A stretch of 64,000 nucleotides of DNA, taken from assembly GCA_951406725.2 (NCBI GenBank), contig OX597828.1:22816001-22880000 (forward strand). The letters are read 5' to 3'. A model generated the notes under the pieces. It was not told the origin of the DNA and did not search any database. It worked only from the letters and a program-made list of their open reading frames with translations. Source of the stretch: Octopus vulgaris (Eukaryota). Position numbers and translations under genes: made by a program. Below, piece by piece: positions 1 through 14,432 of the stretch (positions within the stretch are counted from its first letter, which is position 1; the number at the start of each line of letters is the position of its first letter).

Positions 1-92
1 CGCCAGCTTTCGCGAGTTATCGTTTGCCATCGCCAACCTTCGCCAACCCTCGCCAAACCTCGCTAATCTTCTCCCACCCACGCCAACTTCTG
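1..92. repeat. Degenerate 10-bp minisatellite (CGCCAACCTT-like), cut by the window edge
   Basis: cgccagcttt, cgccaacctt, cgccaaccct, cgccaaacct, cgctaatctt, cgccaacttc at 10-bp phase. Confidence 0.7.
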
Positions 93-519
93 CCTTTGCT
101 AACACCATTGCTCTCTGTCTCTATCGCCTGCAAACCTATCGTGATTTACACACCACTTAGTAGGTGAATTTTCATTTAGTGTATCTAATGCAATCTTCAT
201 CAGCCCAGATATTCGTTCGTAAGCATGTATCTAATCTGATCTATAAATACATACACACACATACGTAAACGTAGACAAACACACACCCGCACACACACAC
301 ACACACACACACACTGACACGCACACTCAGAAAAGCACACATATTCACTTATATGTGTGCGCATTTGTGTGTGTGTGTGTGTATTTGCATTAGTATGTGC
401 ATGTATTTGTATGTGTATTTGCACCTTTGTATACACGTAAATACCGTTCAATCATCATTTTCCACATACTAAACCACAAACACATATGCATACGCATAAG
501 ATAGGCGTATGTGTATGTG

Positions 520-599
<80 letters not shown>

Positions 600-644
600 G
601 AAAGATAGATAGATAGATATAGATAGGTAAGATAGATACACACA

Positions 645-806
645 GAACGGTTTTCTAGATCTTGTCTGCCACCTTCACTTGCAACGCTATGGTCAGACCC
701 TGGTCTATAGAAGAGAAGACTGGCATAAGATGCTGATGTGTAGAACCGATCACAAAAGCATATGGTTGCAAAGGAAACTTCTTAACCACCAAGTCATTAT
801 TGCATC
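645..806 (-). mobile_element. Decayed SINE family A (octopus OK-like), 5' half
   Basis: Reverse-complement similarity to 40128-40290 (ctatagaagagaagactggcataag; cttcttaaccacc). Confidence 0.55.
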
Positions 807-1179
807 TATTTTTAAGAATCTAGAATCAAATTCTTCGTAGTCTTTTAGTTATTTCAGCCATTGGCCGTCAGCCAAAGAAATGTACGTTTAGTAATTGTAA
901 TATAAATTTTAAGGTGATGTTGTAATAAATTGTTCAGACACACAAGCAAGTCAATAGAGAAGTGTAATAAATGGATTTCGGTTATGATTAGAAAGCTATA
1001 AATTTCACAAACATGTCGAATTAAATAATTAAATAAACATCTATAATGTGAGAGAAATATGAAAGAAAAAATTTTAAGAAAAAGAAAATCAGGGAGGGAA
1101 GATTACAAGACTAATGAATAATGAATGATATTTTACAGTGGGGAGTTAAATACTGTAAAGTAAATGAAATTGAAATAAT

Positions 1180-1372
1180 TAGCCTCATGATGAAGAGATG
1201 CTCAAAGAGCGTCTGGATAATTTCTTATCTGAGATAACAGATGAACCCACACCGGGGCAGGAGGCACAAAGAAGGCGCCAATAAAAGCAGTACCGAAAAG
1301 AAACCAATATACACAAAAAGATGGTGCTCTAGGTTGGCCTCGGATTCTAACTAAAACCAGAAAAAGATAAAC
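1180..1372 (+). mobile_element. CR1-like LINE 3' end, decayed
   Basis: LKERLDNFLSEITDEPT resembles KKLDLFLSRVPDEPT at 49.1 kb; followed by a similar ggtgctctag...aaaccagaaaaaga tail. Confidence 0.55.
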
Positions 1373-2308
1373 GATATCATTTATTCCTAAATTAGGAGTC
1401 TATTGTTTTGTTTTTCTAGTTTAATGATTCGGTATTTATAGGGTCTAAGTAGGAATAATAATAAGCATTATAGTAATGGTACAAGACCAGAAGGAGTTCA
1501 CTGATTATATCAACACCAGCGCTCAAGTGGTTTTTCACCGACACCCGAAGGAGGAGAGGCGATAGCGACTTCAGTGTTAGCTACCGCTGATGAAATATAC
1601 TCTAGTTTTCTTAGCAGTCTAGGTTCAGGCCATCCCTATTCAGGCATTCATGAAACACACACATCTCTATCCAATTGTCATCAGTCCTGTTGTGTCAACC
1701 ATCCACATATTCCAGCCTAAATTATTGCACTCATGCCTTCTTCCCCAAATCCTTGATCCTTTAGTATTCTGTCCTTGTTTATGACATAATTGCAAACATT
1801 CGACTTTAATAGAAACTATGCAAGCGACCCCGGAGAGCAAGATAAAATTTGAGGACAGCATGTCTGCCAAACACCACAAGACAGATTTACATTGAAACAT
1901 AAAGACATATGTATATGTGCGTGTGTTTAGGTGTGTGTATGCGCGTGTATATATATATGTATATACACCCATAAATACGCTTATATATGTATGTGTGTGT
2001 GAGTGTATATAGATATTAATATTTACTGATATATTTTTGTATGTAGGTATATGCAACAATATGTGAACATATATTTGTTTCTATAGATGCATATGCTTCA
2101 TATATAGTCCTTTAATTTTCCCTATTCGTAACAACATTCATGCAAAAACCTTTCTATCGGACCTTTTATTTTAATTCTTAGTCTAAATATCATAGTCCCT
2201 ACATCGAAGCCATGGCATAGCTGCTAGTCCACCAGGAACTCTCTACATTTCTCTTTCCCTCTTGACATCTTTTTCTACCTTTCACCCTCGGTCTCTCTTC
2301 TCTCTCCT

Positions 2309-2370
<62 letters not shown>

Positions 2371-2663
2371 TTATTAGATTTAGCGGGTGGAATAGCCGTC
2401 TATAAGTACTATATAGTACCAGTATAAATCACCTATGTTAACTCTGGGCATACATATGTAAGCATATTATGCTCATAGGTTACAAGCAATTAAAAAATAA
2501 GCAGGAGTTTTTCAGGAATCAAAGTTAAATTAAGCAGAAAAGGGAGGAAGTTTGTATCGAAAAATAATAATCGATGGTAGTTGTTGATCAGGACTTTCTC
2601 CATTTTCCGCTTAATTTATATACAAGCATAAATACATGTACATCTGAATGTATACGTGCATGC

Positions 2664-2745
<82 letters not shown>

Positions 2746-3571
2746 CTATCTGTCTTTATATGCACATCTATTTATCTTCCTATCTAACTGTCGATCTATG
2801 AAATTCTACATACGTGCACACATACACACATTTGTGTTTATTAAGAGCTTATGGCCACCTCATTCCTCTATTTCCTTCTTCTTCCCTCTCTGCATAAAAC
2901 CCTAATATTGACTCAGTAGTATTTACGTAATTCCTGCCAATTAAAATCTCATCATATCATACTTAAAATAACATTTAACGGTTTACATATTCGAATTAAG
3001 CCCATTTCTTTTTGTTTATTTTATCATAAAGTCAAACCACCCACCCCCCTAATCCATTCTCAAACGCTAATATTCGCTTCTCTCTTCTGCGCTCGTCTTG
3101 TTAATTATTGTTAACTCTGCGCTCATCAACTTCTCGTTCTGACTGCAGGCGTATGTATGTTTGCGTTACAATCTTTATATCTGTATAGTCGTTCGTATAT
3201 GTACGAATGCGATGTCTTCCTTCTGCACGCGTCTGTCTGTTATCGGATCGTTAAAGTGGAAATCGCGTTACGTTATAAGACTAGAAATGAATCGGATTTG
3301 TCATTAAGATTTTCATTTCCCTGCAAAATGTTTCCATATATAGATGGTGTATTCTCTAATGCAGTAGTTACAATATGCTACAATCACTCATTCAATCCAC
3401 GCTTAATGCTATTCTTATTCTTATTCGTGTTTGTTTTGTATTCTTACTGAACCCTATACGAGATTCAACTTCCTTGAAGCTTGCATTCAATATATTTCGT
3501 ACCCTGGCCTTTACAGTGCGATGTTCAAGTCGCGCGCTATCTTTTGTCTGTGCGTCTGTATTTACACTTAT

Positions 3572-3655
<84 letters not shown>

Positions 3656-3844
3656 ACATGCACAGGTGTGGTTGTTAGCTTTACAATCAGAAAGGCATAC
3701 GCACTCACACAAGCATATACATCCATACGTATACACATACATATATATATATGCTTATATATATATACATATATATGTGTGTGTATGCATTTATATATAT
3801 ATGTATAGATGTGTGTCTATATACATATATATATATGTGGATAT

Positions 3845-4020
3845 TCTTTTATTCTTTTACTTGCTTCAGTCGTTTGACTACGGCCTTGCTGGAGCATTCA
3901 CCTTTAGTCAAAGAAATCGACACTGGACGTATTCGTTGTAAGCATAGTATATATACTATCGATCACTTTTTGCCGAACCCCTAAGTGACGGGGACGTAAA
4001 CACACCAACAGACCCCCCCT
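3845..4020 (-). mobile_element. SINE family A, 3' half
   Basis: ttcttttacttgcttcagtc...ggccttgctggagca...gccgaacccctaagtgacgggacgtaaacacacc matches 60722-60900. Confidence 0.8.
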
Positions 4021-4609
4021 CACACACATATATATATATATATATATTTCCATATACAGACATGCAGACAGACACATACAGACAGACAGATAAGCTGACA
4101 CGCGCACTGATTCGGATTTAAATAGATGGTCAGATAAATGTGATGCGTCAGCATCCACGCACGTGATCTTATGAGACCAAGCGTAAATCAGTTTTAACCA
4201 GATCTTGTAATTTTCTTTCTCCAGAACCTGACACATATTGAAAGAAGCGAATTGAACATAAACGTCAGACAAATTATGTTTGCTACTTTTTTTTCAGTTT
4301 CCGAAACTGTTGCATCCTTTCCTCTCGAGATATGTGATATATGACCTTAGGTACCTTGTGGTTGGTCTTCAAGTTAAAAAAAATAATACAATTACTGAAT
4401 CTTAAACAGTCCATCAACTTCTACAAGTGCCTTATATATATATATAAACGTTTCTTACTGTGACTTAAAACGTCGTTGCTCTAAATGCTATCTAAATATC
4501 CACATCCAAGCACAACAGAATATACAGACGCATATGCAGACATGCGTAAATACACACACTTACACACATATATGTATATATATACATATATATACATATA
4601 TGATAAACG

Positions 4610-4886
4610 AACTTCCACCAACTACTCTACCTATAGGTCTGTGCACACATTTCAATGGCGTTTATGCCATGAAGTCTGCAAATCTAATGGAGGCCCCAAA
4701 AGATATCTAAAGATACACAAAGATGAGAACTTAACTGCAGATCTTGGTAGTCTACGACAGCTATGCCATCTATGTGGGTGTCAGTTCAAAACGTTGTCTC
4801 GTTTAAAAAGCCACACCAGGTACCATGATGGTTCTAAGGGGTAGGAACAGGAGGTGGTCAAAATCTACAAAAGGAGTACACAACCA

Positions 4887-4890
<4 letters not shown>
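4610..4890 (+). mobile_element. Probable RTE-clade LINE 3' end
   Basis: C-terminal C2H2-like motif [21 protein letters not shown] then a short 3' tail, between (TA)n tracts; typical of RTE ORF ends. Confidence 0.55.
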
Positions 4891-4980
<90 letters not shown>

Positions 4981-5484
4981 ATACATACATACTGTGTCAG
5001 TATGTGTGTGTGTGTGTGCGTGTGTGTAGGTTTACTGTGAACTGGTGGAAAGAACACTCAGGACCATGGTAGAACTAAATATTGTTATATTTGTGTTGTT
5101 ACTGTATGTTTCCCTGTTACTGTACAGAATTTTGAAGTTGTGACATCACAATTTGGTAGAACACAAACACACACACATACACACGCACACACACATACAC
5201 GCACACACACACACATATATATATAGATATATTCAAATACACACACACACACACACATACATACATATTTATATATATATATATATATATAAACATAAGT
5301 ACGTAAGTGTATATGTCCATCTATATATGTATATAAATATGTGTACCTCGGCGTGTGTAACTGCTTGTATGTATGTATAAATATATAGATACATACATAC
5401 ATATAATGACACATAGATAGATTGAATGATACATTGATAGACGAGCAGAGATATATATAGAGAGAGAGAGAAAGAGAGGGAGAC

Positions 5485-5523
<39 letters not shown>

Positions 5524-5524
5524 C

Positions 5525-5600
<76 letters not shown>

Positions 5601-6170
5601 GCATGCACACATACACACAATTTATTAATGTTTATTTAAGAAACACCTAAAAATACCTCTTCTGATATATGTGTACCTGACTCTTTTAGTATATAATCGT
5701 TGTATTTCATGCAATGTCGATTCTTCTACTGTCTCCGTCACGTATGCTATGAATTTCTTTTAACCTTTTAATAACTAATTAAATCTCTATTTCGAGTCGG
5801 TTTACATTTCATTGTCCAATAAACACAACCCCCCCCCCCCCCTACGCCTTTTCACATGTCTAGATATTTCACAAACCATTCTTCGCCATTATATAATACA
5901 TTTTTCAAAATCGATATTTTATAAGAATATGGTGAAAGTCAAGAACAGCAACAACAACGATGCTAACGGTGATAATGATGACCAAAAAAAAAAAAAAAAA
6001 AAATGTAGAATAAAAATATAATAATGTAATAAGGCATGTTTGAGTGAGCTCAGCTTGTAGATAATAGACATGAAAGGCGTTCCTTACGCAAGTGCTTCTT
6101 CCGTACAATTCGCTTCCCTTCTCTTGGTCCAGGCCACTGGCTTTGAATTGCATAAAACGTGCGAATGTAT

Positions 6171-6194
6171 GACTACTACTACTACTACTGCTAA

Positions 6195-6235
<41 letters not shown>

Positions 6236-6409
6236 TCACTGCTGCTGCTGCCACCGCTGCTGCTGCTACCACTGCTGCTGCTTTTGCTGCTGCTGCTGCC
6301 ACCGCTGCTGCTATTTCTGCTGCCACAGTTGCGGCTGTTGCTGTTTCTGCTACTACTGTCACCATTGCTTTTACTGCAACTAAGAATATAACTGGTGCTG
6401 CTGCTGCTG

Positions 6410-6465
<56 letters not shown>

Positions 6466-6540
6466 GCTGCTGCTGCTACTGCTACCACTACTACTACTGC
6501 TTCTGCTGCTTATGCTGTTGCTGCCGCTAGCACTGCTCCT
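6171..6540. repeat. Compound (ACT)n/(GCT)n trinucleotide microsatellite
   Basis: Seen directly. Confidence 0.95.
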
Positions 6541-6711
6541 TTTGTCGCTTAGGCTGCTCTCACAACAAATATTTGTGACAGCATTATCAATAATAATAAG
6601 GTAGATGGTGACGATGATGATGATGATGATGATGATGATGACAAATATTTATGACAGCATTATTAATAATAACAAGGATGATGATGATGATGATGATGAT
6701 GATGTCAAATT

Positions 6712-7366
6712 TTTGCCGCCGGGGTGAAGGATGCGAGGGTCAATACAAAGTCAGACAAAAAGTCTATGGGTTTGCATATAATGAAATGAGAAAATAATTA
6801 TAAGGAGTATGTGTGCGGGGTATATATTGAAAAGTAGGGGAAATATACATAGTCTACAAAGGTAAAGAAAAAAAGCCGAACGAGAATGGTAGTCACTTTT
6901 AGGGATTATCAAGGAAACCCACGGTCCCAGATCTTTCTGAACACCAATAGCAATTTCCCTCTCCAATTCTCTTCTTCCGACTAATAGGTCTTCAGTGAGA
7001 GGGGTAACATGCATTCTTGCCATTTTCGCAACTTTCACCCACCTTTCAATAAACTCACTCAAGGACAACTCTTAATTTCCACCCTGAATTTCCTTTTCAA
7101 GTAAAACTTGAAAATGTTGATGGGGCCTCTACCACAAAACACTGTATCTGTATTCAGGTCTTTCAGCCTCGTCCATCAAACGAACTCTTTCACAATAGCC
7201 ACCTCACAAAGGAAAACTGACTTGCTTGCCCGATAATAGGAGGTTGGCGGGGCTATCATCATGATGGACTCGACCGATAGACGGATCTGTCTCACACGTG
7301 ACAGTAGCTGTTCAACATAACCCCACAAATCAGCAATGACAGGACACTGAAAGATTGCGTCCACCT
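6712..7366 (-). mobile_element. Tx1/L1-clade LINE 3' fragment
   Basis: AIFQCPVIADLWGYVEQLLSR...AIVKEFV*WTR...EFIERWVK resembles the ORF2 C-terminal zinc-binding region; broken by stops and frameshifts. Confidence 0.6.
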
Positions 7367-7759
7367 GACAGCAAAAGCTTACCTGTAGCTCCACCAATAC
7401 AATAATCTTTTCTCACGTAGGCTCAAAGTCTAAAATTTTGAGCCATAGTCTGATTGATTGGGCATTTAAAACGCTAATATATACGCGCGAAATAGCAGCT
7501 ATATCTACCTCAGATTTTACTCTGCCTCGTTGGAGACCAATATGCATTATGTCTTTGCATGCAAGAACAAAAACAATAAAATAAATAAATTAGGTATGCT
7601 TACGAATGAAATGGTATTGATTATAGATATTGTGTTGTTCAGGTCTGACCTGGGATTAAGCGATAACGAGAGAAACAACATAATTCAGTTGATCTTGCTC
7701 TTTCAATGTTTTTGTTGATCTATACATCTCTTGTTATTATCGTTCTTATTGACAAGTAG

Positions 7760-8142
7760 TTGTCAGAATCGTACAAATGGTACAAACGGCGATAATTTCT
7801 AAGTTCAAACGACACCGAGGTCGACGCCACCTTTCATCCATTTGGTGACGATGTAATCGGCTTCTACTTCCCCTTCCAATTTCTGGCCCTAAGCCAAAAA
7901 GATTATTATTATTATTTTTTTTTTTTTTTACTATTACCGCGACAACGTCGAAGAATCTTTAACGCGTCGGACAAAATGCTTCGCGGTATTTATTCCGGCG
8001 ATTCCTCAAGTTCTGAGCTGAAATGGCACCAAGGTCATTTGTGCCTTTTATCCTTTTCGGATCGGCAAGATTAAAGGCTAGTTGAATATGAACTGGTACT
8101 TCTCCCGCTAGCACCATTGGTCTTCTGCCGAAATTTGAGACC
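7760..8142 (+). mobile_element. Two tandem decayed SINE family B copies
   Basis: Both resemble 26728-26948 (accgaggtcgac..cctttcatcc; gccttttatccttttcggatcg) and end in (ATT)n. Confidence 0.7.
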
Positions 8143-8400
<258 letters not shown>

Positions 8401-8483
8401 AGCATTTTAAAACAGTAGCGTATTTGTGATTTTTCAATATTTTGTGTTTTTTGCTTTTTGTTTCCTCTTTGCTGCTTTTAGAC

Positions 8484-8503
8484 AGTTCAAAGGTCAAAGG
8501 TCA
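8484..8503 (+). promoter_or_regulatory. Candidate nuclear-receptor DR1 element (three half-sites)
   Basis: AGTTCA-A-AGGTCA-A-AGGTCA in non-repetitive sequence. Confidence 0.4.
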
Positions 8504-8673
8504 TATTTGATATTCTTTTAGCAAATAATACGTAAATTGATTATTGTGACATTCATAGGTTTACCGATGTAATTTTGGTGGCTGGAATGGGGTGGAGAGT
8601 TGGGACGAGGAAGAGAAAATGTGCTTGACCTCATACCACGAATGAATTAGTGTAACAACCTCTCATTGCTGCT

Positions 8674-8822
8674 TTACAGTTTGCGCTGGTTTCTTCTTTC
8701 GTTTTTTCTTTTTTTTTTGGTTTTCTTTTCTTTCTTTTTTTCTCCATTTTCTTCTCCTACAAACAGCTGTGATGCCACAGCAGCAGAAACATGGAAACTA
8801 TTGCCGATATATCGATGCTTCC
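8674..8822 (-). CDS. Candidate terminal coding exon of an unknown minus-strand gene
   Basis: Very long T-rich acceptor ...tttttttacag|GG; phase-1 frame KHRYIGNSFHVSAAVASQLFVGEENGEKKKEKKTKKKRKNERRNQRKL*; no homology recognised. Confidence 0.2.
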
Positions 8823-9611
8823 CTGTAAAAAAAAAAAAAATAAGAGAAAAAAAAACAACAAAAACAAACTGCGATCACGTAAGCAGTATTCAGCTCAGCT
8901 GACATTTATAGGATGGAGAGAATAAGAGAGAGGCTAAAGAAATAAATAGAATATATAAATATATATAAATAAAATGGATCTTCTAATAAATTCCATCTAT
9001 TCATCCGTGATAACGAAACATATATTTCTATTAAGGTGTCATTATAGTAAATCGAATTGCAGAGTTTGGGGAAGATTCTGCTATGTATAGGAAGTTAATA
9101 TCCAGCTTCTGTAAGGTATCTGGTTCGCTGCTTCCCGCATTCTCGACTGAAGTCACATAGTGTATAGGGAGTTGGGGCTTCGAAAGAAGGATCGATAACG
9201 CAAATATTGATTTATTTCATAGCCATATTTTTATATTCAATATTCTACTAGTGAGATACAAGATATGCGTGGAAACACACATACACGTACGCACATATAC
9301 ACACACACACATAAATGCATATATATATAATATATATATATAAAAGCAAATGCACACATATTGCATAATATACATTAGATACATGCAGGTATGTGTATGT
9401 TTATATATACATATATACATACAGATAGATAGATGGATAGATATGTATAGATAGATGGGTGGATACATAAATAGATAGCTGGATGTATACATAGGTAAAT
9501 GTATAAATACATAGATAGATAGATAGATAGATATACAGGTAAGAGATATTGACTTATAGAAGGATGGAGAGAGACGTAGATTCATGAATATACAGGTGTG
9601 TGCATATACAT

Positions 9612-9686
<75 letters not shown>

Positions 9687-10210
9687 TGTGTGCGTGTGTG
9701 AGTGTGTATAGCTACATATATATATATATATAAGTATGTGTGTGTATGCATATGTGTATATGTATTTATGTATACGGGTTTTATTATCGGTGTATATAGA
9801 TTGGGTGAATCCTGCTATTTAACTCAGGATAATGCCGTTTTAAAACGCCGGCAAAATATGATTGAAATAATTTACATGTAAAAATGAATGTATACATATG
9901 TTTGGCATGCAATAATGAAAGCACTAAACATTAAAAACTGAATCTGCAGACCGCGAATGTCATTTGTATTCATCTAGATTAATGACTTTAGAATCAATAG
10001 CTTACATAAATACACACACACACATGTACACACACGCATATTCGCCCACACAAACACACATATAACTCCGCACATACTCTGTTGAACTACGTATCTCAAT
10101 TAAGTAATTATATAAACGATGATGACTTTATTCTGTGGAAATGGCTCTCAATAAACAAATTATTAATCATATAATTATACATATGATTGATAATTTCTTT
10201 ATAAATAAAA

Positions 10211-10261
<51 letters not shown>

Positions 10262-10284
10262 GCACACACACACACGCGCGCAAG

Positions 10285-10470
10285 TTTACATATTTACAGA
10301 AAACAAAAGACGAAGACATGTGAAGAAACACTCGGGAAGTGTGGAAAAGTGTTTGACGTTTCGAGCTTAGGCTCTTCAACAGAAAGTTTTAAGAAAAAAT
10401 AAAACGGATAGAGAATGAAAAAATAAAAACGGAGAAATATAAAAAAAACAATGTGTAGGGTTTAACGGTT
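10285..10470 (-). mobile_element. Non-coding repeat, probable Penelope-like pseudo-LTR fragment with hammerhead-like motif
   Basis: Homologous to 53650-53820 in opposite orientation; minus strand reads ctgTTGAAGAgcctaagctcGAAAcgTC. Confidence 0.5.
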
Positions 10471-11022
10471 CAACATGAAACGGCTGGAAGAAAGAGGCTG
10501 AATGAAAGGAAGATAAAAGGGGTGGATCAGACGGAACCTAAGGTGCGCAATCGCGTGTGTGTGTATGTGAGAATAGTGTGTGTGAGTGTAACGATGTAGA
10601 GTAACCTGATCCACTGTTTAACTGGTTCCTATGTTTCCGATCCCGTAAATTACGAAATCCAAGATTAACACAAAATGAATTATTATGGTGATTATAAAGC
10701 ATGTGCAATGAATTATTACAGTATCACCTACCATACTTTTTGAGTATGAGAATCCCTCGCGTTCGAAGAAATGAATACGGTGTGTGTATATGTGTGTTTC
10801 TTTTTTTTTGGGGGGGGGGGGTTAAGAGGAAAAAAATTGATACAAGTCTGAGGTCATGCCTCTCCAATACCTAAAACAGCAAATATTACGTAATTTTTTT
10901 CTTTTAGAATTTTCACGTAAACTGGCTTTGCCAATGGAGATGGTACAGAACGATGTGTAACTTATTAAAAATGTGTTGAAGAATTTTCTTTGTCTTTTTC
11001 TTTTCATTGAGTATATACATGC

Positions 11023-11062
<40 letters not shown>

Positions 11063-11347
11063 CTGTGTGTGTACGTGTGTGTTTGTGTGTGTGTGTGGAT
11101 GTAAGTATATACACAGGTAGAATACGAATAGATGTATAAAGTGTTTCTTATGTCAACGATAAATATATTAACCTAAGTTCACATATTCAATCAGTTTATC
11201 AGTGTAATTTGTACTGGCAATTACAAGAAGGAAACCACCTTAGTTGCTATGAAATTCTACCACATTCCGCCATTAATCGTCAGAGAATTGTTACTCTGCA
11301 CTCTCTGTCTGTTTTTCTCTCCCTCTCCATTCTCATCCTATTACCTC

Positions 11348-11411
<64 letters not shown>

Positions 11412-13166
11412 CATACACACACACAAACACACACACACACACATACACACATACACACACATACACATATATATATATATAATGTGTGTGTGTATATAAA
11501 TGCATGGACTAACTCGATATCTACATAGATATCCGTACTGGTGAAGTCAGCTCTTCATTCGGAGAATGGTAATGTCAGGGTAATGTCAGATATTGACAAC
11601 AAAATACCAATTATGACACAAATATTGACCCGACCTTCTAGGTATTCCTTCTCCAAAACCAAACCAAGGTGATGTATGTATGTATGTACATATGTATGTA
11701 TGTATATATGAATGTATGTATGTGCATACATTTGTATACGTGGTGCACGCGTATATGTATGTATAGACATGTACACAAACATGCAAAGACACACACATAC
11801 ATATACACAAACACACACATACATGAGTTTTATCGTTTACCCCGTTACAACTTTATAATATGTATGAAAAATATACTATATTTTGGGTCGCTGCCATAGC
11901 TTGAAGTTTGATATTCTTTTTTCCTGTGATCGCTTTGAAAGGCAATGCGTTAATAGCTTCAGGGAAATTGGCTTTGGTGAATATATTCCGCTGCATTATT
12001 TTGAGTTCAAATTTCATGTAAATCAGATTTGGCCTTCTTTATGGCAGGATCGATAATACTAATTATCGGTCAAATTCTTGGTAACGGTGTAAAGGAGTTA
12101 TGCACACCTCTGAAAATTACTGATGTTGTGTCAAAAATTGCATAATTTTAGGCTTAATAATTTGCGAAATATTGTAAAGTTTAGTTGTGTAAATAACTGT
12201 ACTGTCCTTTTCAGTTGGTGACTTTCACTTTGTACAAAACACCTGGTATGGAAGCAGTACAGTCTGTCGGTTATCGTGTGTAAAAATGTAGAAAGGTTTA
12301 GTCTAACTAGAGAGAAAGTACGATGGGAGTACCATATTGATCAATTTGCAAATTTGATCAACAATAGTAAGGTGTGTTCACCCATTAGTTTGTTCATTGC
12401 TAAGTGAACTCACTAGGAAGTCAGTATTATTTACTGTATAGAATATCTATTAGAAAGACTACAATTATTTACTGTAAGAATATCTATTCCAAAGACTACA
12501 ATGCTACACATTTCATTCCGGTGCGGCATGACGCTACAGATGTTGCTGGTTCTCATATTCAGCTGAATATAGTGGAGCGGCGTGAAATAAGGATTTTTTG
12601 GTCGATAATATAAAATGCCGCCCCACAATGTAATCAGAAATACGACATAACTACAGTTTGACCGCAGCTAAGACTCAACACTTCCTCTAACTCATACATC
12701 GCACCCATACATTAACCCGTAGGTCACGCACTTTACAATGATCTCCAGATCAGTGAAGTTCCACTCGCGACCAAGCTCTCGAGCTCTCCGTTAACCAAAC
12801 GACAATACCATGCCACTGACCACTATGTCGTAACTTTCCATTAGACAATGGAATACGAGATTTCACTAGTTATGACAATGCTACAGAAAGCAGAGACACA
12901 GTAAAGAAAGACATTATTTTTCCTTCGAAACTAGTCAATTAATTTAATGCTTCTGTAACAGTGACATCTTAGATTATTCTATTACAGTGATTAATGCTCT
13001 ACTTGGAATATAAAATGTTATTAAAACGAATAAAATCAGTTTGGTATGTCTCGCTTCTTATTCGCTCTGTTGCAAAGAAGCATTACAGATGTATATATGT
13101 GTGTGCGGGTATACATACACACATATATAAATACACACATACATACGCATTGACAGACAGAGAGCT

Positions 13167-13312
<146 letters not shown>

Positions 13313-13436
13313 TCAGACAGACAGACAGAGAGACATACTGAATATGGAATGCATTGACTTCTGTTTCGTAGTTGTGAATCTTGTTTAGTATATGTATTCC
13401 ACTTGTTAGTGTTTTATTTTTAAAAAAAGGACTTAC

Positions 13437-13470
13437 TGTATATTTGCCTCAGTTTATAATACGCGTATAT
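13437..13470 (-). CDS. Candidate 34-nt exon
   Basis: tatgtttcattgcag|ATATAC...ATATACA|gtaagtc; phase-0 frame IYAYYKLRQIY is open. Confidence 0.3.
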
Positions 13471-13494
13471 CTGCAATGAAACATATATATATAT

Positions 13495-13766
13495 AGTCAA
13501 TAATAATAAGGGTAAAATTAATTAATTAACTAGTAATTAATAATTTTACCACGTAGTGTTCAGTATGTAAAAGGACCATTTACGGTAAATTTAAACATTA
13601 CTTTATATAATTAGGGTTCAGCAAAAAAATTTGCTTTACCACACACCGAACTTTTAGAAATAGCAGCCAAAGAATTTAGCTATTTACTCTTCTTATATTA
13701 GAGGAAATAGCTAAATTCTTTGGCTGCTATTTCTAAAGGTTCGGTGCTGAACCTAATTATATAAAG

Positions 13767-13770
<4 letters not shown>
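13495..13770. mobile_element. Fold-back insert in (TA)n, probable Penelope-like inverted pseudo-LTR
   Basis: Inverted arms 13644-13685/13705-13746 (42 bp, 1 mismatch) and 13597-13623/13745-13770 (1 indel); (TA)n on both sides. Confidence 0.6.
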
Positions 13771-13849
<79 letters not shown>

Positions 13850-14119
13850 TACAGACACATACATATATATGTATATATGAGCATAAATTACAAAGCTGCG
13901 CGTGTCTGTGTGTGTAAGAATTTACATTATGTTTCAGACACTTTAATTAAGATATATTTTAACAAGGGCAACATCATGCATTTTGGGATTATGCTGTGTC
14001 CATTAGGGAGCAGAATGTTTTTATTTTGTGCTGTCCATCAGTGACAACCAGAGTACAAAGTGTGGAGGAAACCTGTGTAGAATAATTACTAACCAACGCA
14101 AATCTTTTCTTTTAACCTT

Positions 14120-14432
14120 TATAATGCGTCAACGATTTGCACAAATGCTTGTGAGAAATGTGAGTTCGATTCATGGCGTTGGAGTGTGTCATTCAGCAAG
14201 ACATTTAATTACACGTTGCTCTAATCTACTCAGGTGGCTAAAGTGAGAATACCTGTACTCCAAAGGGCCAGTCGCATCGCATTTGGCATCTCGTTGAATC
14301 TCCCTCAGAAATACGCTAAGGGTACGCGTGTGTCTGTGGTATGCTCAAACATTTGCACGTTAATTTCACGAGCAGGCTGTTCCCTTGATAGGATCAACAG
14401 GAACCTTCGTCGTCGTAATCGGCGGAGTGCTG
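14120..14432 (+). mobile_element. tRNA-derived SINE (CORE/V-like centre, family C tail)
   Basis: B-box gagttcgattc, then gtgtcattcagcaagacatt, then a tail matching 34800-34962. Confidence 0.75.

Noticed and set aside
4760-4830. C2H2 zinc-finger gene
   Set aside because: Single finger with no TGEKP linker, followed by a LINE-like tail
6070-6552. Ala/Thr-rich antifreeze-glycoprotein or mucin-like ORF
   Set aside because: Compound trinucleotide repeat open in several frames on both strands; no regular Thr-Ala-Ala period or splice support
6565-6710. About 75-bp tandem duplication; also short ones at 57702 and 63812
   Set aside because: Ordinary slippage products
12214-12244. Plus-strand 31-nt exon (ttttcag|...CTG|gtatgg)
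   Set aside because: Isolated, no partner exon or homology; within chance expectation
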